A stretch of 64,000 nucleotides of DNA from assembly GCA_965219345.1 (NCBI GenBank), contig OZ244732.1, forward strand, positions 416,001 through 480,000, read 5' to 3'. The DNA comes from Nitrosopumilus sp. (lineage in GTDB: Archaea; Thermoproteota; Nitrososphaeria; Nitrososphaerales; Nitrosopumilaceae). Positions 41,691 through 51,829 of this stretch are shown in pieces. The position numbers and the translations under genes were made by a program. Below the pieces are notes generated by a model, which was given only the letters and a program-made list of their open reading frames with translations, was not told where the DNA came from and searched no databases. Each line of letters starts with the position of its first letter. Positions within the stretch are counted from its first letter, which is position 1.

Positions 41691-42423
41691 GATTAGATAT
41701 AAAGATGAGCATAAAGGTAAACTTGCATATGTTTCAGGTACTGTAACTGCTGTTAATGAATCGCATCAAGGGTATGATGTTCAAGTGTGGAGCACACCTA
41801 CATTACAAATGAACACGCAGTTTTCTGCATATTTGAGTTATCCTGAACGATTACTCAGTGGTGATAGGGTTTCAGGATATGGAATTTATGATGGTATATG
41901 TGGTCAAAGCATAGTAGGTGATCCATACGCCTGTTTTACTAATGTAAAATTAGAAACCGTTGATTTTAGAACAACATCTGATGATTTTGATGATTTATGT
42001 GATGATCCAATTGCAATGCGATTTGGACTATGTAAGTAAAATTTTGTATATACTCAAAAACAATTATAATTCATTTTTTTACAGAAAATTTCAAATTTTT
42101 TATGTGCAGACCCGATTTGTCTAACAAAGGTTTGATTATTCGTGGAAATTTGCTTAGCTTTGATTCTATTATAAATCTCTATGACTCTCTAGAACATTTG
42201 CAAGTCTTCATCTAACAATTATAAATCTAAATTATAAATTAATCCTATTATTACCAAAGCAGCTCCCATAACTGAAATATCAATTTCTAGAATTTTGGTA
42301 GAAATTAAATCTAAATCAATAATACTAGGAATCCAAGAACAATTTTCATTCATAGAGTAACATGATTTTGATAACATTGTAACAAGTGGAGCTATTATCA
42401 ATATAGCAAGAATACCTTTTACA
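41690..42423. repeat. 734-bp inverted duplicate of 53399-54132
   Basis: The same peptides (YVSGTVTAVNESHQ...FGLCK and IIAPLVTMLSKSC...) occur on opposite strands with a few substitutions. Confidence 0.92.
42068..42181 (+). repeat. dispersed ~80-100-bp imperfect hairpin element, copy A
   Basis: cagaaaatttcaaa...tgcagacccgat...aggtttgatt...cgtggaaatttgc. Confidence 0.8.
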
Positions 42424-42457
42424 AGTGATTTAAATGTGTGTACCGAGTTTTTGTATT

Positions 42458-44761
42458 GTGAAGTTCATAATTTTACTAGTTTTTGTATTGGTATTTAGTT
42501 CAAGTTTAGTTTCAATTTTACCTGTTAATGGTGAGACGGTAACTGCGACAATTCCAGTTGACGATGAACCTTCCGCCATAGCGGTAAATCCAACAACCAA
42601 CACAATTTATGTTACAACTGAACGTTCTGTTTCTGTTATTAATAGCACAACAAATAGAGTAACTGCAACAATTCCAGTTGACGATGAACCTTCTGCCATA
42701 GCAGTAAATCCAACAACCAACACAATTTATGTTACAACTGAACGTTCTGTTTCTGTTATTAATAGCACAACAAATAGAGTAACTGCGACAATTCCAGTTG
42801 ACGATGAACCTTCTGCCATAGCAGTAAATCCAACAACCAACACAATTTATGTTACAACTGAACGTTCTGTTTCTGTTATTAATAGCACAACAAATAGAGT
42901 AACTGCGACAATTCCAGTTGACGATGAACCTTCTGCCATAGCAGTAAATCCAACAACAAATAAAATCTATGTTGTAGACAATCTTTATTATACAGGTGGT
43001 AGTAATGGAACTCTAACCATAATTGATGGCACAGCAAATAGAGTAACTGCAACAATTCCAATTGGTGATAATGTTAGGGATGTAGCAGTAAATCCAACAA
43101 CCAACACAATTTATGTTACAAATGGGCCGACGGCGGGCCCCCCCCCCACTATATCTGTTATTGATGGCACAACAAATAGAGTAACTGCAACAATTCCAGT
43201 TAACCGTAATTCTTTCGATATCGCAGTAAACCCAACAACAAATAAAATTTACGTTGTAGATGGTTATGTTTCTGTTATTGATGGCACAACAAATAGAGTA
43301 ACTAAAACAATTCCAGTTGGCCATTATACTTCCGACATAGCAGTAAATCCAATAACCAACACAATTTACGTTGCAAATAAATATGCTGTTTCTGTTATTG
43401 GTACAGACATAATATCACCAATAGTTATCCCAGATAGTGCATCTATAAGTGCTAAACCAGAAATTCTTAATATAAACAACCAATGTGTTTCTACTGCCCA
43501 TGTTGGGAAAACCCTCTTTGTAGGTGTAGAAATTGAAAATCCAGGCGATAACACTGAAGATTTTGTCGCATCTTATCGATATTTGGCCCCAGGTGTAGGT
43601 GACTGGTCTGAATGGACATGGGTATCATCAATCATTAATGCAGGAAAATATTCTAATGTTGCAATTTCTTGGACTCCAACTGTAGCAGGTAACTATGAAT
43701 TTGACATACAAATTTGGGATAATGTTTTAGATAGAACTATCATTACTAAAGAAAAACTAACTGTTACTGTAAAGGATGCAGATAGTGTATCTATCACAAG
43801 TGCTAAACCAGAAATTCTTAATATAAACAACCAACGTGTTTCTACTGCCCATGTTGGGAAAACCGTCTTTGTAGGTGTAGAAATTGAAAATCCAGGCGAT
43901 AACACTGAAGATTTTGTCGCATCTTATCGATATTTGGCCCCAGGTGTAGGTGACTGGTCTGAATGGACATGGGTATCATCAATCATTAATGCAGGAAAAT
44001 ATTCTAATGTTGCAATTTCTTGGACTCCAACTGTAGCAAGTAACTATGAATTTGACATACAAATTTGGGACAATGTTTTAGATAGAACTATCATTACTAA
44101 AGAAAAACTAACTGTTACTGTAAAATCTGCATCAACAATAACTTCCCCAACAACTACATCTGAATCCATAGTTATCCCAGATAGTGTAGGTAGAAGCGGC
44201 GGAGGCGGAGGCGGAGGCGGAGGCGGAGGCGGAGGAGGCGACCATACTGGCATTAATACAAGCGGAGAACCCCTGTCTGATATTGAACTTTACAGCGTTT
44301 CATGGAACTGTGAAACGGGCCTAGTCAGAATAATAACCAATGATGACTCGTCTACGCTGTCAGTATCTGTCAGAACCTCTATTGGCGGCTTGGCTGAGGC
44401 CAGCCTGTCCGATGAAGAGAGACCTGGCAGCAAGGTATTCACATCCCATATAGGGCCTTCCGAGACATACCTTGGCATACTGTTGGTAGACATAGCGGGA
44501 CGGGACAGCAACATTAGAAATGAAAGCATTAGCATAAAACAGTGCGTTGGCGAGAAGACATATGATGATGATGATGATGATATATCAGATACGCCAAAAA
44601 AGTCCCCCCAGTCCAGTCGCGGTGGCGCATCTGAAGGCGACATGACGTGCAAGCCGGACTTTACACTGGTCAAGAATCTGAGAAATGATCTTGCCTGCAT
44701 CCTTGACCGCTCGGTACAGCCATTGATAGAGCGCGGCTGGGCAGAATCAATAGTCGGATAG
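42458..44761 (+). CDS. secreted YVTN/YncE beta-propeller protein with two Ig-like repeats and a poly-Gly linker
   Basis: Signal peptide; IAVNPTTNTIYV...VSVI repeats with 120-bp period; two 351-bp repeats; (GGCGGA)n tract. Confidence 0.88.
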   Translation: MKFIILLVFVLVFSSSLVSILPVNGETVTATIPVDDEPSAIAVNPTTNTIYVTTERSVSVINSTTNRVTATIPVDDEPSAIAVNPTTNTIYVTTERSVSVINSTTNRVTATIPVDDEPSAIAVNPTTNTIYVTTERSVSVINSTTNRVTATIPVDDEPSAIAVNPTTNKIYVVDNLYYTGGSNGTLTIIDGTANRVTATIPIGDNVRDVAVNPTTNTIYVTNGPTAGPPPTISVIDGTTNRVTATIPVNRNSFDIAVNPTTNKIYVVDGYVSVIDGTTNRVTKTIPVGHYTSDIAVNPITNTIYVANKYAVSVIGTDIISPIVIPDSASISAKPEILNINNQCVSTAHVGKTLFVGVEIENPGDNTEDFVASYRYLAPGVGDWSEWTWVSSIINAGKYSNVAISWTPTVAGNYEFDIQIWDNVLDRTIITKEKLTVTVKDADSVSITSAKPEILNINNQRVSTAHVGKTVFVGVEIENPGDNTEDFVASYRYLAPGVGDWSEWTWVSSIINAGKYSNVAISWTPTVASNYEFDIQIWDNVLDRTIITKEKLTVTVKSASTITSPTTTSESIVIPDSVGRSGGGGGGGGGGGGGGDHTGINTSGEPLSDIELYSVSWNCETGLVRIITNDDSSTLSVSVRTSIGGLAEASLSDEERPGSKVFTSHIGPSETYLGILLVDIAGRDSNIRNESISIKQCVGEKTYDDDDDDISDTPKKSPQSSRGGASEGDMTCKPDFTLVKNLRNDLACILDRSVQPLIERGWAESIVG

Positions 44762-44846
44762 TGCGCGCGTACAGTATTAAGACAAAGCCGCAATACACCA
44801 AAAAAAATTACACATCGCATCTGAATCAATTTGTGGAATTTCCAGG

Positions 44847-45259
44847 AATTAACTGCATGGGGAAATTATTGCTATGGGTTATAATATGATCTTAGAACGT
44901 TTTCAAATGTTTTTACAAGATAAAAATAGTAATGGAATTATACGTGTAGATAAAACAACCGATCCAACCCAGTACAAATTGAATCTAAAGGATAGGTTAT
45001 CATAAAACACACAAACAGTGTTAGACGAAAACGTTTTGTTGCTTTTGTACAAGCTCGTAATGTAATTGAAGAAGTTTTAATGCTGGATTCTTCTATGAGA
45101 AAAGGATTGCAAATAGCTGATGCAGTAGCTTATTGTACAACAAGATATCTGACGAATCATCAAAATTTTACAAGGAATTGGAATATTGTAAAATCAAAAC
45201 TACGGACAAATCCTTCTGGTAAAATGGATGGATTTGGTTTGATAAGATTTCCAAAATAA
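44847..45259 (+). pseudogene. C-terminal remnant of a DUF3800-family gene
   Basis: GYNMILERFQMFL...GIIRVD, then a frameshift, then VIEEVLMLDSSMRKGLQIADAVAY...GKMDGFGLIRFPK*. Confidence 0.75.
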
Positions 45260-45261
45260 AA

Positions 45262-45330
45262 AACGAAGAAACAAGGTCGCGACTTGCCACCATTGCCTCT
45301 TCTGCGATGCTGCTATAACCGCATCGTACT
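45262..45330 (-). ncRNA. putative structured RNA convergent with the DUF3800 remnant
   Basis: GC-rich patch with a cgatgc/gcatcg hairpin, TTTATA about 30 nt upstream on the minus strand, a T-tract downstream, and the 9-mer AGAGGCAAU shared with the main array. Confidence 0.45.
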
Positions 45331-45401
45331 ATAATATGGCAGACCCAGTATAAATTTTTGTCGTATTTTAATATGAAAAAACAGCTCAAATTTTGAACTC
45401 A

Positions 45402-45486
45402 AATTCATTTTTCTCCAGAAAATTTCAAAATTTTGTGTGTAGACCCGATTATACCATTACAGGTTTGATTGCTCGTGAAAATCTGC
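45402..45486 (+). repeat. dispersed hairpin element, copy B
   Basis: Same consensus as copy A; lies 12 bp from the stop codon of the ATPase gene. Confidence 0.8.
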
Positions 45487-45498
45487 ACATCAATATTT

Positions 45499-47013
45499 TC
45501 ATACTAACAATAGAAATACTGATGTAGGAACTATTACATAACTTGTCTTGACATCAAATAATGATTTTGAAAGAACCACACCTTTGTCATTACCTGTTTT
45601 AGAAAGAAAGTTTATCATAGGTGCTAATTCTTTAAGATCAAGTTTATTTCTAAATTTTACTTCAATAGGAGCTTCTGTTGTATCCCCATCATATAGAATA
45701 AAATCAACTTCCCGCCCTTTGTCATCTTTCCAATAAAATACATGATTATGGTAATCATAGGTCTGCTTCTTTTTACTCATCGAAAAAGCCCATCGGATAA
45801 GGTGATCTGCAATAATACCTTCAATGATCCTGCTTTGATTGACCTCGTCTTCCAAATATTTGAGGCTAGTTTCAAAATTCCCATTTGGACTCATCCAGCC
45901 ATTGAATATATGTAAAAAGAAAGGATCGGCGAAATAGAATTTTCTGTCCTTTTGAATTATGGGTATTTTTTTCTGTTCACCATAAAGATGTACGATCGAT
46001 AAAACAAATAGATCATCTAAAGTATATGCATGATCCTGCGCTGTATTTGGGCTTCCTAATGCAGCCTCTTTAGCAAGATTATTCCAAGAAATATGACTAG
46101 TTAAGCTTTTGACTATAGCTCCACCAAATTGTTTTAACAATGTTTCATTTTTTGATAATTCACTCCATTGCCCAGTAATACTTTCTAAATAATTGGTATA
46201 GATGCTTTCATGAATTGTATTCATTTTAATTCTTTCATCTATTACTTTTGGGGTTCCACCTGTTAACATGTATTCATTTAGTAAATTATTTATTTCATTT
46301 TGATATGCATTTAGCTTATCTAATTTTTCATCAACTTCTCCTGTAATTAATTTTTTAAAAATAACTTCCCGACTTTCAAATGAACGTAAGTTATTTTGAT
46401 TGATTAATTCTTTTATGTCATTATTTAATAGTGATACATACTCTACAAACTTCATGGGAAGTAAAATTTTATCATAGCTATCATTGATTGTTCCTTTACG
46501 ACCAGGTAATCTTTCAGTAGCATTTTTAATATTGATAGCTTGTGAACCTATAGCCATTACAGTACAATTAATTAATTTATCATTATCCACTAACCACTTG
46601 ATTCCTTTTTGCCAATCTGTTACTGACGATACTTCATCCAAAAACAGATAAGAACGTCTATCACCTCTTTGTCTACTACTTAATTTCATATAGGTTTCAA
46701 TTAAATCAACAACATCTTGTTGAGTAGTAGCTAAATCAAGAGAATAATATAAAATATTCCATGGGTTTATTCCTTTTTCTAGAAAATCTTTAATTTGTAA
46801 TTTTACTAGAGTTGTTTTACCAACTTGTCTAGGCCCACGTAAAGTGTAAACTACAGTGTTATTTGGTTCAAAATCATATTTAATTACATACCTTAGTCTT
46901 GGATCATATTTTATTTCCGACTCTTTCCATTCTCTAATTTTTTTATCTGTAAGAATATTAGAAGGATCTTTCCACCATGGATTCAAATCACGCATGTCGC
47001 TTTCTTTAATCAC
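45499..47013 (-). CDS. AAA_14/DUF4143 ATP-binding protein
   Basis: NPWW, GPRQVGKT, LFLDEV, YMLTGGTP, KFYFADP, EVDF...IEVK nuclease-like tail. Confidence 0.9.
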   Translation of the reverse strand: MIKESDMRDLNPWWKDPSNILTDKKIREWKESEIKYDPRLRYVIKYDFEPNNTVVYTLRGPRQVGKTTLVKLQIKDFLEKGINPWNILYYSLDLATTQQDVVDLIETYMKLSSRQRGDRRSYLFLDEVSSVTDWQKGIKWLVDNDKLINCTVMAIGSQAINIKNATERLPGRKGTINDSYDKILLPMKFVEYVSLLNNDIKELINQNNLRSFESREVIFKKLITGEVDEKLDKLNAYQNEINNLLNEYMLTGGTPKVIDERIKMNTIHESIYTNYLESITGQWSELSKNETLLKQFGGAIVKSLTSHISWNNLAKEAALGSPNTAQDHAYTLDDLFVLSIVHLYGEQKKIPIIQKDRKFYFADPFFLHIFNGWMSPNGNFETSLKYLEDEVNQSRIIEGIIADHLIRWAFSMSKKKQTYDYHNHVFYWKDDKGREVDFILYDGDTTEAPIEVKFRNKLDLKELAPMINFLSKTGNDKGVVLSKSLFDVKTSYVIVPTSVFLLLV

Positions 47014-47025
47014 GCTTATTACTAC

Positions 47026-47229
47026 TGATCAGTTCTTTATATATTCAAAAATCACTTGATGATCAGTTCTTTATATATTCAAAAATCACTTGATGATCAG
47101 TTCTTTATATATTCAAAAATCACTTGATGATCAGTTCTTTATATATTCAAAAATCACTTGATGATCAGTTCTTTATATATTCAAAAATCACTTGATGATC
47201 AGTTCTTTATATATTCAAAAATCACTTGA
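47026..47229. repeat. perfect tandem repeat, 34 bp x6
   Basis: tgatcagttctttatatattcaaaaatcacttga at 47026, 47060, 47094, 47128, 47162 and 47196. Confidence 0.95.
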
Positions 47230-47278
47230 TGAGAATTTATTTTTATAATAAATTTCAAGATGATCAAGATTTACATAT

Positions 47279-47379
47279 CTTTTTTCTCCAGAAAATTTTA
47301 AAATTTTGTGTGCAGACCCGATTATACTATTACAGGTTTGATTGTTCGTGGAAATTTGCTAGCTTTGATTCTATTATAA
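47279..47379 (+). repeat. dispersed hairpin element, copy C
   Basis: Same consensus; its 3' tail recurs at about 47482-47509. Confidence 0.8.
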
Positions 47380-47519
47380 TGAAATATATTATATTGGTTG
47401 TGCCTAACTGTTTTATTTTTCACAGCAATTTCTCATTGTGTAGATACATCTCATTCTAGGCACTAAAACAATTTTACGGAGTTAGCTTTGATTCTATTAT
47501 AAATCTCTAATTCATGCCT

Positions 47520-48711
47520 TGTGGGATCCTGAAAGTAGTATACCCCCTATCTGACATCGTATTCCTCTCCCGTTTGTTCGTCAATAACTGTTTGTCCTGG
47601 GGATGGCATCTTTCTGGTGAATGCCCGCGCCGGTGTCTCTAGGTTGTCCAGATCAAGTGACATGTGTGGCCGGTCGTGGTTGAACCATTCCACAAACCGC
47701 TCCACGGGATCCGTCTTTGGTTTCGTGTTGAACGGTCCGCCCACACGGTCCGTCTCGGATCCTGCTGAACGCACCGTTCTGTAGGCCGACTCCTCCTCGA
47801 AGAGGTGCAGTTTGCGCTGGAGTTCACCGTGAACCCTCTCGAGCTTGCCGTTTGTCTGCGGGTGTCTTACACGCGCCAGGATCTGCCTGATGCCCAGCGA
47901 CACCAGCTCCCGCTCAAATTCGGAGGCGCCTTTCTTCTTGTACTGCCCCTCGTTGGCGTAGAACTGGCTGCCGCGGTCAGTCAGAATGGACGCGGGTTTG
48001 CCGTGCGCCTCCATTGCTGCCCTGAGAACCTCGATTGCGTGCCTGGAGGTGGCCTGATCAAAGACGCCGTATCCGACAATAAACCTGGAGGCGTCATCCA
48101 GATAGGCGATAAACCACCTTCCGTCATCCAGCTGCTTGTAGTCTGTGTGCCACATCGAGTTGGAGTAGGTGCGCTCAAAGCGGATCCACTTGCGCCTCTT
48201 GCTCTTCTTGGGCTGCCTTGCCGACAGGTTGTTGTCCCTCATTATGCCGTGTACGGCATTGTGAGGGATATGTGTATTCCCTCTTCCTCCTCGATCAGTC
48301 GCTCCGTGCGGACGGCCCCCTGGCGGTGCCTGCAGTGTGCAGAGAGGACCGCAGTGTTCCCTGCGACCCGGAAGACCATTCTCGGGCCTGCCCATGCTAG
48401 CCGGGTAGACTATCCTGTCAGGTTCCACACCCTTGTACCTGGCCCACAGTTTCTTTACCCAGATCTCGGAGATGCCCATGGTATCTGCAATCTGCCTGTT
48501 GGTCGTTTTGCCGGCCTTCTTCTGCAGGATTATCCACTTTACCTTTGACTCGTCAAGTTTTCTCATGACCCTGATGCGGCGCCTTCCGATATGTCTCCAC
48601 CTCTGTGTGCGCTTTAGGAACCCACGTACCATCATCTCAATTCTGCGTCTTGCTTCAGTCAGTATGCGTCCCTCCTATTTTGAGGGGGTATACTACTTTC
48701 TGGACTATACA
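47520..48711 (-). mobile_element. IS481-family element, copy 2 (no TSD)
   Basis: Near-identical to 23793-24982; single 362-aa ORF; the two flanks differ from each other. Confidence 0.92.
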
Positions 48712-48929
48712 TTATTTTACGAGTGTTGAAGATTTAACATAGTATCTGATGTAATCTCCATGTATCTGGGATTCTTTCCATATATCTGGGGAGTTTTCCA
48801 GAGTTCTTGATTTGTATTTAGAAATTTTATTCTTTATTTTTGAAACTTAGTTTTTGTGAATTTTTTTATATCGGTTATGATCGATTTGATCACACTCTTT
48901 TTTAATTACATTCCCCTCAATTAGTAAAT

Positions 48930-49277
48930 ACTGCTGTCCAGCAGACCATGGGATTGCCAGAGGCAATAACACCTGCGAAACTTGTACTACGACGGCAGTT
49001 TTTCTAATAATCTGGAATCTTCTCCAGATAGTAGTTTATATTCTCAATATCGTTTTTTTAATTAAGTTACCATCCAGCAGAATTATGGGATTGCCAGAGG
49101 CAATAACACCTGCGAAACTTAACCAACGATGGTAGCCTTTTCCTTTTCTGAATAAGACACCAGATAGTAGTTTATTATGCAGTTTGCCGTATTGTTATCA
49201 GGTGAAGTAGCCCAGCAGAATTATGGGATTGCCAGAGGCAATAACACCTGCGAAACTCAACCAACGGCAACTTCACT
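48930..49277 (+). ncRNA. array of three putative ~70-77-nt structured RNAs (period 137-138 bp)
   Basis: Invariant 35-nt core at 48948, 49085 and 49223; unit-specific complementary closing stems; TTTAWW about 30 nt upstream and a T-tract downstream of each unit. Confidence 0.75.
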
Positions 49278-49289
49278 TTTTATTTATTG

Positions 49290-51360
49290 TTAAGTAAATT
49301 TCCAAAGATAGCATTTGGCAACTTTTTCCGAATTTTTGGTTTTTAATTTATTATGAAATTCCCAAGGAATCAAAATGCTATTATTTTTATCAATAATATG
49401 TTGTTTTAATGCCCCACATAAAATATCAGCAATTTGAATTGGTTCTGATTCATGTGAGTCTTTTAGTACATGTAATGGATCAAAAGAATTACCATCAGCT
49501 AATATTTTCACAAATTGTTTTACTATTTTAACAGGAGTTAATGGTTGAAAATCTGAATCACAGTGTATTGGGATTTCATTTGATAGTTTGAATAATTCTT
49601 TTCTTAGTAATATTCTCTCATCACTTTTGTAATCATAATTTGTAAACCAACCATTAATTAATTTTATAAAAACATCTACTAGTTTTTCAACAGGATTTTT
49701 CAATGCATTAGTTTTAATCATAATAACCATTGTACAAGAGATTTTCAAAAGAATTTCAAGTTTATCAGAAACAACTTTTCTACACTCTGGATTTAATTTA
49801 TTCCATTTAAATTCGTCTCCATGATTCTTTTTTGCTTTTGGAATTGCGAGCATTTTTTCTAAATAATGATAACCTGCTGAATGATTATCAAAAAATGCTA
49901 TACATACGTAGGTATCATCATCTTTACTACTACACTGTCGATCAAAAGTTCTTGAGATCAAATGACTTTCTGCAGATGAACTTCATTGCGTCAAGCCACG
50001 GCCGCGCCGTCCTGAAATGCTCTGACATTGCGCGGTGCATCTGCCCTATTGTTCCATAATATTCTGACACCAGCACGTCGCGCTTTGACTGGTGCCAGTA
50101 CTCCTCCATGACGCTGAGCTCCGGTGTTGCGGTTGGAAGCCATACTGCCTTGACGTTCTTGTTGCCCTTTAGGAACTCGCTCACCGTCTTCGCCTTGTGC
50201 TGCGGCGCGTTGTCCATTATTATGGCAACCTTTCCGAAATGTCCCGCAAGCTCCTTTAGGTACCGCAGTACCATCTCCTTGTCAAATTTTTCGTACGTCC
50301 TGATGAACTGCCTGCCGTCAGTCGCGATGGAACCGTACGCCACGACCCTGCCGTGCCGGCCCTTGTATGTGGTGACTATGGGCTGGCCTTTTGGCGACCA
50401 GTACTTTGTCCCCGATGCCGGGTCGTCTATGAATATGGACTCGTCAAAGACTACGACGGCAAAACCCCTCGATTCCAGGCGCGATATGCGCCTCTTTGCG
50501 TTGCGCTGCCACCTTTTGATCTCGTCTGTCCCTGCCCTGTTTATGTGGACCCGTCTTGCCGTCTTGGCAGACATGCCCAGCCTGTGCATTATCCTCCTGG
50601 CGCTTGTAATGTGGTATGTTATGCCGTGCATCTTGCGGACACGTTCCCTCAGCTGCGGGGGAGTAATGATGCTGCCTGCCCCGGATATTGTCTCTTCAAT
50701 GTCTTCGAGCCTGACCTTCGGTGGCCTGCCGCTCCTGGGAAGATCCCGGAGGGTGTCGATGCCGCCCTCCCGGAAGCGTTCTACCCAGAAGGAGACCCAG
50801 TTGGGACACTGCATGAGTGAGTCTGCCGCATGCTGGATGCTCTCATTGTTCATGCACACCATGTTTACTGCGGCCATCCTGATCTTGACCCTGGGATCCC
50901 TTTCCTTCTTGTACGCCTTCTTCAGGTCTTCGGATTTTACTGCGGGCATTGTAATGCGTAGTGGGACGTGATCAAAATGTGTTGCCGTCTAACATGTTTG
51001 ATCTCATGAACTTTTGCTCGTCAGTATAGTATCAATACCAACTGATAACTTGCTAAGAAATGGTACTAGGAAAATATCTTCTCCAACTGAATACTGTTTT
51101 ACTTTTCTCTCGTTATTACTTTTTTCAATCCAACCTTTTTTCTTACGATATAATTCACTTTTAGCTGTACCTGTAAAATCAGAAGGTAGTTCTGAAAACA
51201 ATCTATTCATTTGTGTTTTTGATCCAAATTCCGGATCAGATCTTAGAAAGTCATATTTTCTTAGGATGGTGGGCTCTAATGTGAATTGTTTAGCCTCAAT
51301 AACTTGGTTACCTCCCAAAAAAGAACATCTAACCAGTTCTGTGAATAGATCATAAGACAT
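49290..51360 (-). pseudogene. DUF3800-like RNase H-fold gene (~324 aa) interrupted by IS630
   Basis: Removing 49933-51026 plus one TA joins ...LSVGIDT to SSKDDDTYVCIAF... in frame; motifs GID, EFKW, HCD, DSHESEPIQIADILCG. Confidence 0.82.
49933..51026 (-). mobile_element. IS630-family element with an intact 335-aa transposase (49942-50949)
   Basis: HTH...RSGRPPK, FDES, MDNAPQH, PELSVMEEYW; ~30-bp imperfect TIRs; TA target duplication. Confidence 0.93.
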
Positions 51361-51429
51361 TACCAAGTTATTTTAGTTTCTAGATTAAGACTAGATAAAT
51401 TATGTGACTATTTTTTACTCTATGATTAT

Positions 51430-51825
51430 TTAGAATCTCTTTTTGATTCCAATAATTACACTGGCTGGGATTCCAACATACATTGCAAGATTGAGAACAA
51501 CCAAACTAATTTCATAACCCAATACTGATTCTTCAGAATCCATATCAACATAATTCAAAATTGAAAGACTAGTAACCATCGGAGTAATTCCAACCTTTAC
51601 CATTTCTTTGAATACTGGATTTTCACGCTCATAATCCGCAATGTATGGACTGAATGAATAATAGAAATCATTGAATGTATTCATAAATCCTTTACCTGAT
51701 TGTGTGTTTAGTAGTTGATTGTCACGTAATTCTCTGAGTTGTTGTACTTGTGTGCTAGTTCTGTTCCATATGTGGCTGTAGCAATAAGACAACCACCACC
51801 TGTTGATGATAAACCAATCCCAAAA
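51430..51825 (-). pseudogene. C-terminal remnant of a CFI-box-CTERM-type thaumarchaeal surface protein
   Basis: GGCLIATATYGTEL and QVQQLRELRD...FYYSFSPYIADYERENPVFKE in different frames; truncated by the IS6-like element. Confidence 0.8.
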
Positions 51826-51829
51826 ACCA

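Noticed and set aside
47026-47229. CRISPR array
   Set aside because: Perfect head-to-tail repeats with no spacers.
48930-49277. CRISPR array call for the 35-bp repeats
   Set aside because: The intervening sequences are about 100 bp, share a second conserved motif (ccagatagtagtttat) and form unit-specific stems around the repeat; no cas genes are in the window.
48930-49277. Known self-cleaving ribozyme (hammerhead, twister or HDV-like)
   Set aside because: GAAAC and UAACAC are present, but I could not place CUGANGA or the required pseudoknots by eye; a covariance-model search is needed to exclude this fully.
49290-51366. Two separate genes (49290-49961 and 51004-51366)
   Set aside because: The N-terminus of one and the C-terminus of the other are IS630 terminal sequence; they join in frame across the TA target site.
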